This document shows positions 24,946-37,880 of a DNA stretch of 64,000 nt, one piece after another (positions within the stretch are counted from its first letter, which is position 1; the number at the start of each line of letters is the position of its first letter). The position numbers and the translations under genes are program-made. Origin of the DNA: Tubiluchus corallicola (taxonomy: Eukaryota > Animalia > Priapulida); NCBI GenBank assembly GCA_030141605.1, contig JAQGDQ010000045.1:859777-923776 (forward strand), read 5' to 3'. The notes beneath the pieces are model-generated. The model was not told the DNA's origin. It saw nothing but the letters and a program-made list of their open reading frames with translations, and did not search any database.

Positions 24946-27135
24946 TCATTTTAAAATCTTAACTTTTAGAGAGATAAGACAGCTATAATAAGACAGCAAT
25001 AACAGCCAGTGACACTTTTATTGTATACGTGACTGCTGTGTGTCGTTGTATTATTTTCAGAGGCTGTTCTATGTATTTTACTTGTCTTAGATGTTTATTT
25101 CCAATAAACATGATTGTAAAGGGTTCATAAAGCCTACATAGTTTTCATTGATACAGTAATTCATCAGTCCACAGAATTTGGCCCATCATGTCCATGATAT
25201 GTCTTTCCAAAAACATTTTAGTTTGTTGACAATTTCTGTGACTGGTATGTCGCACGAAAACTTCTTAGAACATACACCTCTTACTCACTTTTTTTACTTA
25301 CTTATTCGCTTTTTCCTTATATATTGAATTACAGCTGCTATCATTAGATTCAACCGATATGTTTTTTTCACAAATGGTCAGTCGTGTTGACCTACGATGA
25401 GAATATGGGTTATATGACAGGCTCCAAGACATTAACGTAAAGCGTAATAGTTTTAACAATCCTCCATACTTCTTGAAAAGTAAAGGTAATAAATATATCT
25501 TCTACAAAGCTGTATACAAAATGAACACCTTCTGGGGCGGATATAGCCGCCTTTCCATTGCAAAAAATATACAAAATCAGCCCATTTTTTTGTGAGTATG
25601 GCATGAAAGTTATTTTGACAGACTGCTTTTCCAGGGAAGCGAAAATGTTGTGCACCTTGTCTTGCCATTAGTCACTGAAGAGCAGCGATGGCTCAACTCG
25701 ACTGCTGCTTTAGTGTTTAATTAGGTGGTGCGATTAGTAAAGCAGAATTCAGTAGAGATTTCAATGCTAATAACTCCCTGAAGTTAAACAAAAGAGTGAA
25801 GAGTTAAACCCAAAGTCGAATAACTTCTTGCTAGGGATTGATTCAGTCTAAGGCTTCTCGTATAAAGAGGGTACTTGATCTATTCAGTAGTATTAAGTCA
25901 CACGGAATTTAAACACGGAATTAGGCAAAGTTGGGAACTGGTCAGCAGATCGCGAGGTAATTGGTTTCGCGCAGGACCGATTAATTATTTGTTCTGGCCA
26001 AGAAGCGCACGTATTGAGAAGTACGCGGAGGAGGGAGGGGCAAGGTTTCCGGTTCGCTCAGCACACCTAAGTCAGCTGCTTGATGCACCACTTGGACACT
26101 ACAGATAGACAAAACCCGTTGTGTAGCTCAAGGGTTGATTATCGTCGTCGATTAGCATGTCTGACCGACTCGATCTAAGACTTTACAGGAGTACATGCTA
26201 AAACTAGTAATTGCGAAATATGAATATTCAAAACCGAATCAGAAATGGAAGCAAAAGCTAAAGCTCCAGCACGTGGACAATAAAGAGGTGGTTGACCATA
26301 CCCGTTTTACCAAGCTTTTAAACTTTATTAAACTCAGAAGGGTTTTATACCACACTAACTTCCATATACTTTAAGACTTTTAGCAAAAAATTATTATGAG
26401 TTTGTAAAAAGTTATTGAAATTAGGACAATTTCAATAATTAAGGGTAATGTTGTATATGAAACTATCCAAAAGAAAAATTTACAGCTCGTGAACAGTAAG
26501 TAAGTGTCACAAACCTAGTCAAAGCTTGTTAATTCACTCTTACACACGTAATTTGTTTTTAAAACCTGGAAAATGAAATAGCCAAGAGCACAAAGCAGTG
26601 CCATTTGTGTAAAATGAATCAAATAATTGCTTGAATGAGTTTTTGTATTTGCAGGTGTGGAACTGAAATTTTGAAACACAGCTAATAGGATATGGCGCAA
26701 ATACTGTCTTCTACTTAAGCGGAGCTAGAATGTTTTTGATGAAATTTAGCAAACAAAGACTTATTTGATAAATTAAGAGGCTCGGACATGTTTAACTGAG
26801 CTTAAGTAGGAAAAATTCGTATGGCATCGCTAGTTTATTCGCACTAATATTCGCATCTACCATTATAAGAATGTTTGCTACGTTTATGTTCTTTTAATAA
26901 AACTTTCCATAGTTAATCGAAATACTTAACTGCAATCGCGCATGGTACAGATCCAGTTGAACAAAAAAAACATAAAAATGGTTGGCATTTTGTCAACAAC
27001 TGCTAGACGGAAGTTTATTTAACTGGAAACTAAAGAATGAAACTATAGTAGAGTGAGACATATATGCCTAAAGCCATATGCCAAAAAACAATCAGCGGTA
27101 GCAGATCTGATTATTACAGAATAAAATCTACCCAA

Positions 27136-27142
27136 ATCACCG

Positions 27143-27192
<50 letters not shown>
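27136..27192. repeat. (CAT)n microsatellite
   Basis: Directly visible. Confidence 0.97.
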
Positions 27193-27193
<1 letters not shown>

Positions 27194-27939
27194 GACGCCA
27201 TGAATTTTCGATTGAACATATTCAATACGGTTTATCTTCACTTACCGGGGCAATGTAGCAAAAGAATGGCAACACTTAAATATTGAGTGGTTAAAAGTTC
27301 AACCATTTCCAGAATACAGGGACTGCAAAATCACCCATCTACTTTTTGACTGTGCTCAGCGTTACTTAACTTTTGCCTCGCTCAAAAGATCTGTTAATGG
27401 AATTTTTGTACATACATAACTTCCAAATTAACAATCGCCCAAAATGGCAGTAGTATGCCGTATAAACAACGAAATGCTTTCCAGTAACAGAACTACGTCA
27501 TACACGTCTGGACAAGCGGGCAGCACAGATTCAAAGATAGGATTAGCGCAAAATATAATGTATCATATTACATATCAGCAAAGAGAATCAGTTTGATAAA
27601 TACTCTGTCACATTTTGTAAGTTAATGGTGTATAAGGTCGTGTTTTCTGCAGCAACGTTTTCTCAACAGATAATTCACGATCGTGAGTGGAAAAATTAGG
27701 AAGCTTGTTCAGTGTTCTGCAAAACGTAGAGATGAAAATACTCTACTGTATTGTGTGATTCACCAGTGAATGCTCCTGGTAGAGTAACAATTGTTACTAA
27801 TTGTTACGTAACTATAATATTTCTGTGATTGGCCTGGAAATTTGTTAAGCAATGCAACTGAAAGTTATACTATTCTGGTTTACTTTCTACTGTGCTTAGT
27901 GAGATGGGAAAAGGTTCCAAAGCAATATCGAAATGCCTC

Positions 27940-28035
27940 GACATAGACAAAGACATAGACGTAGACATAGACGTAGACGTAGACGTAGACGTAGACGTAG
28001 ACGTAGACATAGACATAGACATAGACATAGACATA
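27940..28035. repeat. Hexamer repeat (GACATA/GACGTA)n
   Basis: Directly visible. Confidence 0.95.
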
Positions 28036-30962
28036 AAGTCCTTGAACTGACAAAAATAATTTAGTTTCAACACTGTAAGAGAAGCGACTTTGATAACGTA
28101 AGTATTAAACAATGATCACAAAATCAAACTCCTTGCAGCAGCATCCATGTGCCCAAGTAGCACAACGTAATAAAACAGTTTTAAAGCTATGTGCTCCATA
28201 GCAAATGCTATGCATAAAGTCAAATATATATATATTTATCTCCATTTTCTATGGATTCAGATTTTTCTCCAGCGCATTAATAGACCTACAATGATTATAT
28301 ATTAAGAAACTACATGAAGTTGCTGAGCGGGAGCATTAGCATATTGATGCAGGCAAGCAGTGTGCAAACAACAATAACAACTATACAAACTATTATATAA
28401 AAATAATAATAAGTGCAAACATACCAAACTGCATACCGCTTCCAGGCTGGCCCACATCGCATCTATTCGGCACTAAAGGGATAAGAAAACAATAAACAAG
28501 AATTACTACAGTGAAATATGTGAACAACAAAAGTGCAATGCGTAGCAAAAGCGGTGGAACAGGACTATTATATATTACAAGCTGTTTTACTGTAAGTACA
28601 GTAACATGATATTGTCACCAAGGCAGTTTCCTGGTATCATGCATCTATTTTTCATTCACTTTCACACGGTTATGACAGAAAGAATGCCATCGAGATTTTA
28701 TTTGGCTTGATATGAGAGATGAATTTACATTGAAGTAGGGCAGACCATCAGGTAAGATTTCTTTCCAGCCAGACGAAATTGCTTACACTTACTTAAACCT
28801 AATTTACAACCTCAGCCTGGGTCTCATCTTTTTGAGGGCAGTATCGTCTTAAAAACCGCATTTAATCCACGTTAATTTTGTGGTTAGCAGGTTACAAGGA
28901 ATACAGTCCAACCAAGCCCATATGTATATAATCTCATATTTGCTGCAAAGCTAGCCCCAATGCATGCAATATTTAACTGCAGAATTAGGCCTAAAGGGAC
29001 AAATTTTTAGGTTTATAAGCATTCACAAAAACATGCGATAAAAACTAAATAGCGTGTGCTATTTATAGTAGTGTAATATGCTACAGATTTATACAAGTTA
29101 TGTAGATTGTTACTGTAAAGCAAAATGCATCTTTCAATTTAGGAAAGCAAATCAAAACGCACAAAAAACAATCATGCTATCAGTAGCTGCTATGTACTTT
29201 GAACAATTAATATGAAAGTTCTTACATAACAACAATAATTACTCATCAACAAAGCATGTTCACACGCAATATAGAAATATATTACAGTACAGTACATGGC
29301 AATACTATACAATACTGTATGTATATTACGTGAGCACATGCATAGAATTTTAAAATGAGAAGTACCACATAAATTAAGTACAAGCAAAAAGTAACGAAAA
29401 TTGCTACTTCCTTTAACGTTATTTGGCTGCACTGATTGTGCCCACTACCCTATCAATGAGATAGGTAATGTGGCAATCATCAGCTTTAACTGTTACAGTG
29501 AAGATCAGGCAATTAACTATCGATATAACAGTGAGACACAGGCAGAAGCAGTAATTTTTATAAATTTTTGCTCTTTTTTTCTGGTGTTTACCTTACACCA
29601 ATGACAAATGAGAAGACTGGGGACAAAAAAGAAAGAAATGAAGAAACAAGAAAAATGTTGATGACAATGGGGCTGATAAAACATATGGTTAAATATTTAA
29701 TTGATGGTAGTGGTGTTAATGAAATATATTGGCAAATGCTTAGTACAAATCGTCCGAAATCAAGTACTTTAATTCCATTTACATTAATTGAAGCAAAATT
29801 GGGTATGGTTTTCTAAATATTTGGCTTCCTAGAATTCCTTTCAGCTTCGAAATTAATATAACCAAAATCAAGAAAAAGTGTAAGCAAGAGTTATCTATAG
29901 GTAATCGTTAGCTATTCAAGGAACCCTAAAATAGTAAAGAGTGGTTCCTATACTAAACGTAACTTAATTATTATCCGAAATGACTCATTGTAATAAATTA
30001 AATAAAGAAGTATTTCCAGCCAACTTTAACTACAACCATTTGACAATGCCAACCCAGTGGAGATGTCTATATTATAGTTTCATAAATGGAATGCACGCTC
30101 ATGCTGATGCCATGCAAGCCTGCTTGCCAAATGAAGAATGAACGACTGCAGGAATTTCGCATTTCACTAGAAGGAAATTATGCAGAACTCGTTACAATGT
30201 CATTAAGACAGAGACAGGTTTGATTAATACGTTCATCTCCGACATTTGTTGGGAGGAAAAATCATGACGCTGATAGTCTTGGAAAACAGTCGAATTATCC
30301 CATGTCTTTCACAAGGGTAATAAATAACCTAACTTACAAAAGATGATTTAAACTGGATGCATGGCGAGAGAGATCAGCCGTAGCATTTCCTGTCAATCCC
30401 TTTAATGGCTTCATGCTAATCAGCAGAAATAATTGTCAGAATTTTGGCCATGGATGCACGTTTTTAATCTTAAATTGCTTTGTATGCAAGTCGTAAATCT
30501 TTCTTAACTGACGTAAAACGCAGTCCATTTGTTAGTGTCACCGTAAAAGAATATACTTTTACGTATTCATCCACCAAATGTAAAGTTAAATCATCCCAAA
30601 AAGTGGAAATTCAACTTGGATCTATTGACAATTGATTCCGTCACGCCCCTTCCGCTTTTTATTATTCACCATCTGCACGGCTTCTCTACCGCAAGTCTAA
30701 ATGTGCACGTATGGAAGAATTAAGCCTTTAGTTTTTTGAGTGGATCTTATCACTGCAACCTTCCTGTAATTGAAATATCATTTTAACTACAAGAAGTCCA
30801 GATTCTGTACAAAATCCAAGGCTGTCCAAATTCAATCCAGATTCTGTTAAGCTGCGATTCCATTTTAACTATTACAATTAATAGCCACTTATTTAATGCA
30901 TTGGTGAGTTATCACATTTTTAAGATTGATTAACGTGAAATGAATTCACACATATGGCACGC

Positions 30963-30996
30963 AAACTAGTTCCCAACTGTCTCTGGGAACTAGTTT
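30963..30996. repeat. Perfect 13-bp inverted repeat with 8-nt loop
   Basis: AAACTAGTTCCCA-ACTGTCTC-TGGGAACTAGTTT. Confidence 0.9.
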
Positions 30997-33215
30997 TGAG
31001 TTTAGAAACTAGTCTCACCTATGAAAGTATCAAGCTTGCAGTGTTCTCATTCTGCTTGTTTTTATAAGTATTTAAGAGAACAATGTTTTTTAGTGCTTAG
31101 GGGACTACACTACAACTCTGTGTCTCAAAAATAAATTTAAAAATTTACAACAAAATAAAACTGAATAATCGAATTATGTGCTTTATATAGAACCAAATAA
31201 TTCCTCAGTCATAATCACTTCACATTATGTTAACTTTTTTCGTATTTCATTACTCGACAAGTTTTGAGAATTTTTATTTACCCTTTTATTTTTTTTATTG
31301 TACCTTTCGCTGCAAAACGATATTTAAATTTAGTTTTCGTAAAATTGAAATTTGTGCCACTAACAAAATTACATATAAGTGCGAGTCTCTCAGAAAAAAT
31401 CTAAGAAAGCGGTTTACAACTTGGTTCCTTTGGTTTTGTTCACAACGTAATGTATATTACATGTAGCTTTTTGTTTTTACGAATGAATTATTTTTGCGAT
31501 TCGGTAAACCCAGGCACGTCACTTGATAATCCATCATGGCGTACAGTACCGCATCAAACACGCGGAACCAATGACGTATTACAGACTAGCTTCCATGCAC
31601 CACGTTATAACTACGTTGGATAAGTGGCTTTTTCCCACTTATCGAATCAACAAGCGTATTTGTCAGACAGAGAGGATGCAGTTTGCGGTAGACTTATATT
31701 ACGTTTTTGTCTCCTATCACATAATAATTAAAGGATTATTCCAAAAAAGCAAGATTTTTTGTTTTTGACAATTTTTGACCAGCAAGCGTTAAACAAACTT
31801 TGCTGAATGAAAATGTTGTTCCAATTATAAATAACATAACTAATAATAAGATAGATTACGACTTCGTCAAGATATCAGCAAATAAGTCGTCTATTTGTAA
31901 GCATCACAGGAAGGATCTGATACTTTAGTAGTAAATATAAGAACAAGTTATTCATTAAATAGCGAAACTATTAAGGCACTTTACCGTCCATTATTACACA
32001 ACTTTATTGTGTACCAAAGTTATTGTTTGATTTTGGAGAAATTTGCTCTTGTATTTACTGCTAAACTATCAAGTACATTCTGTTTTGCTTGCAGCCGTGC
32101 ACGTTATTGACTGGCAGATAATTCTTGAAAAATTTGAAATCCATCACTATTTAGTTCAGGATGTTCTTTATATTTGTTATGTTAGTCGCTGAATGAAACT
32201 TTAAGAGATTTTAGTCTTATTTATGTATTCCTAAAACACAACCTGTTCTAAAGAAGATTTCATTGTGTTTTTAATTTTAATTTTGATTTTCATTTCTTTT
32301 GACCAGCGGCCTGCCTGCAGTTTTATTCAGCTAGTCTGCAAAATTCATGGCTCCAGTTTTGCTAGCTTCGACAAGCCTAATAACCTCGTGCACCAAAATC
32401 TAATGTCTGAATAGTGCAATTTTCATTTCAATCAAGCGAAAATTTAATTACTATGATAAACTGGAATGAAAAGCGTATTTTCTAAGCGCAGCTTTCATAG
32501 CTGACAGGTTGGTCTAATGATAATTGGACGGTTGGCGTAATTTTGCATTCACTATTGGGCAATGACTGTTAGTTAATGTTCCTCGTACATCGTATTGTGT
32601 TTTCACATTAGTATTTGCAAAAACTTACAACAGCTTTATACTCACAGTGCATTTTGTCATGTGATTATGCAAAATGTGTTGCTTTTATTTGCGGCCACAA
32701 CTGATTCGCGGCACATTTGCCAGCTTTATAAAATACATCATGTTAGACAGACCTTACGTCTGTGTGCGCATGCAGACACGAGGTTTTCACTGCCATTTTC
32801 ATCAAACGCTCGCGTTTTCCTTTGTTGCCTTTTGTGTGTGAATATTGCAATGGTGGCAATACGTAAACACAAAAAACTGCCTATGGCTGATATCATGTGA
32901 ATTGCTGGCTTACATAGGACGCGTACAGATTTAGAATATGCAATTACATGTCTGCCTTTAACGTACAATCTGCCGCAAAGACCTTTAAAATGAAATGTTT
33001 GGTATATTTTGCCCTCTGTCTTCTTACAGCAGCTTAATTTATACCTATCGGTTGCATTAACATGTGAATCCTATCGAAATCAACCAAAAAGACGACCTCA
33101 GCATATAGAAATAGCATAATACAGGCCCAGATGTCAAAATAAGGACTGCCAACTAGGTCTATCCAGTTATTTTCCATTAGTGACACATTGGTTAAATCAA
33201 TTATATTCTATAAAT

Positions 33216-33345
33216 TGCCCGCTTGTGGCACAGTGGTCTAAGCACTAGCTAGATCAGATGCCTTCAAGATATTGCTTTTATGTGGTACAGTGGGTTGGCT
33301 AGCCCATTATGGTAAGAGTTACCCCTACGTAGTATAATGATTTAA
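33216..33345 (+). mobile_element. Possible internally deleted tRNA-derived SINE
   Basis: GCCCGCTTGTGGCACAGTGGTCTAAGCACT contains a Pol III A box (TGGCNNAGTGG) in a tRNA D-arm-like context. No B box follows. Confidence 0.35.
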
Positions 33346-34967
33346 TTACTGACTACACTACGTTGGCCAAATAATTGCTTACATCTGCGTGACACAATGA
33401 TTTAAGTATTCAGTAATCCTAACGGACCACGATAACAACGATTCGTCGCCGTTGCAAGCAGCATGTTGCATTAAACGCACAAAAGTATCCAGAAAACTAT
33501 TATCATTTGCGCATTGGATACTGAATAACAGACCAAAACATCCCGAATTAAACACACAAAAGTATTGGCCATTTTACTTCCGAGTGACTTTTCTTCATAT
33601 ACATTAAATAGATGAAAAAAAAACCAGCTTTAAAAAAGCGGGCAGCATCAATTTCTTAGTGAAGGCCCTCCACGCAACACACATGCTAACTAATCACTTG
33701 TGCAGCCAGTATAGCTGTTTTGGCAAACGCTTACAAGCGGCATCGTATTTGTATTACATATTAATATTGTGTTCCCCGTCGAGCAATTATGAGCAAGCAG
33801 TTCAAACATGGCAGTGTGTCCCAACTGCCCTGCTGGGAATCAGAATCTGACACTACGGCCTCTTCACGCGACAGCTTTATTTACTTAACTCACTTGCTGT
33901 GGCTTCGTCTGCCGGTCATCATCTGAATGTACTTGGCTTCAAATGAGCAAAATATTATGTTAAGCCAAACGCGGGTACATGTATAGTAATGGTGTCGAGT
34001 TGCGAGAATGCCATGATAGGCTTCTGTATTTAAAAGTTTACGAGTAAAGATTAGATTAGACCAGATTAGGTTAGATTAAATTACTTTTTATCTCAGCATA
34101 AAAGCCATCAAAAAACATAAACACATTTATTATGAAACATAACATATTGAGATTAATATTATCTTTTCGTGCCACTATTTGTATCTAGGTGAAGATATGG
34201 AAATAATTTTGAATCATTCCGTTCAGCTGAAATATATTAGCTACATGTTTTGGTACAAGGATGAAAAACATTTACGTCACACAATAAAAAGATACTCTAA
34301 AATACAACTTCATACAATATATAACGTATATAATATAGTACATAAAAAGAAAGAAGTTTTATGTGAAACCAAGAACCCGCAAGGTTTACTTTTTTACTCT
34401 CTGAAAGTTCAGCTCTCACGGGGAAGTTATAAGTTTACTGATGTACACAAGGTGTACACTTAGATTATATTAAGTTATGTATAGTCTAATAACTTAATGG
34501 AGACCTGTTTCTAATTTTTACTTTTAACCGCCACTAATCTAAGCAACAGTCATTAATTAAGCATTTCTTTCATCACAATTTTGCCAGTCTGACTATGAAC
34601 GTGACCCACCAACGACTGGAACCCATATAAGAAGAGTGCCCATAAGTGGACATATTATACCCACTTTTTATTGATCTACAATTATTTCTTTTGTTCTAGT
34701 GTTCTGAAGATTTATGATTTATTGCAAATAAAAGGCTAGGGTATCCAAGGGTGATGTAGAGCAACTGAATTGTCACCCGAAATTGGAAGGAACCTAACTA
34801 AGAAAATAATACTTTATTCAAGCCCAGAAAGCCCATACATCATAATTTTTAATCGTACTTACACATAACATAATTAGTGAACAGTGCATGCTAAATAAGT
34901 ATATAGGTTTAGAGGTTTAGTGCAAAAACTGCATAACAAGAAGTTTAATGCAAAAACAGAACTTTAT

Positions 34968-34998
34968 ACACACACACACACGCACGCACGCACGCACG

Positions 34999-35033
<35 letters not shown>
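34968..35033. repeat. Alternating purine-pyrimidine tract (CA)n(CGCA)n(CG)n(CA)n
   Basis: Directly visible; Z-DNA-prone composition. Confidence 0.95.
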
Positions 35034-36702
35034 TGATTTAAGCACAATTTATAGAAAGTAAGCATATCCTAAAGTTCTTGAAATACAAATGTAAGAAATA
35101 CGTGATTTTGGCACTGTTTTGCATACATAAGTAGCCACATGCAGAGACAATAAGCTTTTCAAACGAAACTTTTCTTTATCGAATTCGATTCTAGTTCAAA
35201 TGTAGATAGTAGCCCTTGCATTTCCAATCTTCACGTACATGCACGTAATGCAGTTTAGGAACATTAAGTTAAGACATCTTTGAAATGAAAAACTAGAAGT
35301 AATATTTTGACCATGTTGACATGTGTCATATCTGACGGCCACGTTCCTTAAATTAAATTCGGGTACCTTTTTTTACCTTTTTAGTCTAAAATTTGGCAAA
35401 AAAGAGTTTGAGCTGAACGCTTCAGAAGCTAGTAGCATTGTCAAATATAGTCTGTCTAGCAGGAGATAAACTCAGACTAGTTCATTGTTTAGCACTCGGC
35501 ACACGTCACAGTTGAGGCGCACTATCAAAGCCCAATAAACACAGCGAATATATTCTCATCTAAATCTCTTTAAATGTGCAGCAAGGAACAAAACATAATC
35601 CTAATTAAATAAGCAGCTTGTGAAGCGCGCAAATTTGTCTCCATTAACGAGAGAGAAATCGATGAAAATATTTTAATGACGCAGCAAATATTTTGCAACA
35701 AAAAACATGGAGTAGACAAACAAAACTGAGTGAGTGGTACAAAGACGCTAGGAATGAATTCTCTTACATTAAATTACGTCGGATAAAAGGAAGATGCGGG
35801 GGGGGGGGAGAGATGCATCAAAAATTATATAGAACAGCATGTACACGGTAATAAAATAGAATAAAAAAGGAACAGTTGCACATTCAATGTTTGTTAATGG
35901 TCCTAAAAACTAGAATGTGTAGTATATGCACCTATAGCTTGGTTGCGTAACAGAGCAAGTCCTCAGGCGCATAAGTTTAACAGGGCAATTTTGTCCTTGC
36001 AAAAGCTTTCTAAATCTATAAGATAAAAGTGCGCCAGTATAATTTCATTACCATTATTACACAATTTTTGCCATGTTCTATATATGTTATGGCCGTTGAA
36101 ATGGCTTTAGAGGTTAATCTTAGAGGTTTTCGCCTTAGCAATTTAGTTACCTGTTAAATAAAAAGTAAACGTAGAACGACATTTCTTCGTCTAATGTATA
36201 TTGCGTAAATAACCCAGCTTTTCGAAGTACAGTGAATTTTTTGGTAATTTACGATTTCTGTTTAACTTCTGTAATCGTTTCATGGCCAGCTTTACACAAC
36301 TTGTGCAATATAGGCGGCAAGCGACTTTGATGGGCCTTTGATTACTCTGGAGTTTGACAGGCCTATTATTTCTAAGGTTTACTTTTTTCATGTTTCTAGA
36401 AGCAGGATATTGAAATTTACTGAACTTAATGAATGAGATAATCAAGTTTTTGAGAGATAAACTATTTACTGGTGGTAGGTGCTTTGGGTAGAATAGTAAT
36501 CTTAGTGGACATACATTTTGACGAGAAATTTGTAGTTTTTCATCGTGCAATGCTAATCGAAGTTTTTCTTCGTACAAGTTTTCAAAATTTTGGTATTTTT
36601 TTAAAGAAAGCCTTTTTTAAGTATCTTGTATATAAATTGTTTTTCATATTTCAGAAGCAGCCTTTTTTTAATCGTTCATTCGTTCCTTAATTATCTATCT
36701 GT

Positions 36703-36873
36703 TCATTCATTCATTCATTCGGTCGGTCGGTCGGTCGGTCGGTCGGTCGGTCGGTCGGTCAGTCAGTCAGTCAGTCAGTCAGTCAGTCAGTCAATCAGTC
36801 AGTCAGTCCTTCATTCATTCATTCATTCATTCGTTCGTTCGTTCGTTCGTTCATTCATTCATTCATTCATTCA
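36703..36873. repeat. Compound tetranucleotide repeat TTCA/GGTC/AGTC/TTCA/TTCG/TTCA
   Basis: Directly visible, in one 4-bp register. Confidence 0.97.
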
Positions 36874-37557
36874 TTTATCACAGCAAATAATTTAGTCAAT
36901 TCACTTAAACGTTCGCTTACTTAGTCATTCATTCTCTTATCAGTTATATAGGCCTCTGTACATAATTACACCGAAATGAGAACAAAGAATACCTTAGGAA
37001 TATTTTAAGCTCAACACGGTACTCTCTTAACTTCGCACAAGCACTTCGCAATGCAAAGATGAAAATTTCAGACGTAAACAAACCTTTGCATCAATTTTTC
37101 CCAGTTTTGCTTGGGCAGCCTTTAAATGTGAAATCAAATATAAATACGGTATTATCTCTTCAGTTTCAGGCGCATTACTACATCCTTGTTACGCTAACAT
37201 GTATAAGTTATTGTGGGCATTCAGGCAGTTGAGATCTAATTTATGTGACTTGCCTTAATTTAAAATTCAAACCGATTCGGAATCTCACGATGAGCAGTGA
37301 TGTTAAAAAGCCACTTTCATCATTCGGCCACAAAAGAGGAGCAGAGAGCAAACATCATTCAGATTCCGCTTGATGACATGCAGCCAATTTCAATGTGAAA
37401 GCCCCACATGTAGCCAGGAAGTGCACACATAAACTTAGGGCTGCAAAGGCTAATTTGCTATCTTCATAATAATAATTATACAGTCGTTGCGGCTTCGCAT
37501 ATATCTTTCAGCTATTAATGACATGGTGTTAAGAAATGAAAAAGAGATAAAGGAAGA

Positions 37558-37880
<323 letters not shown>

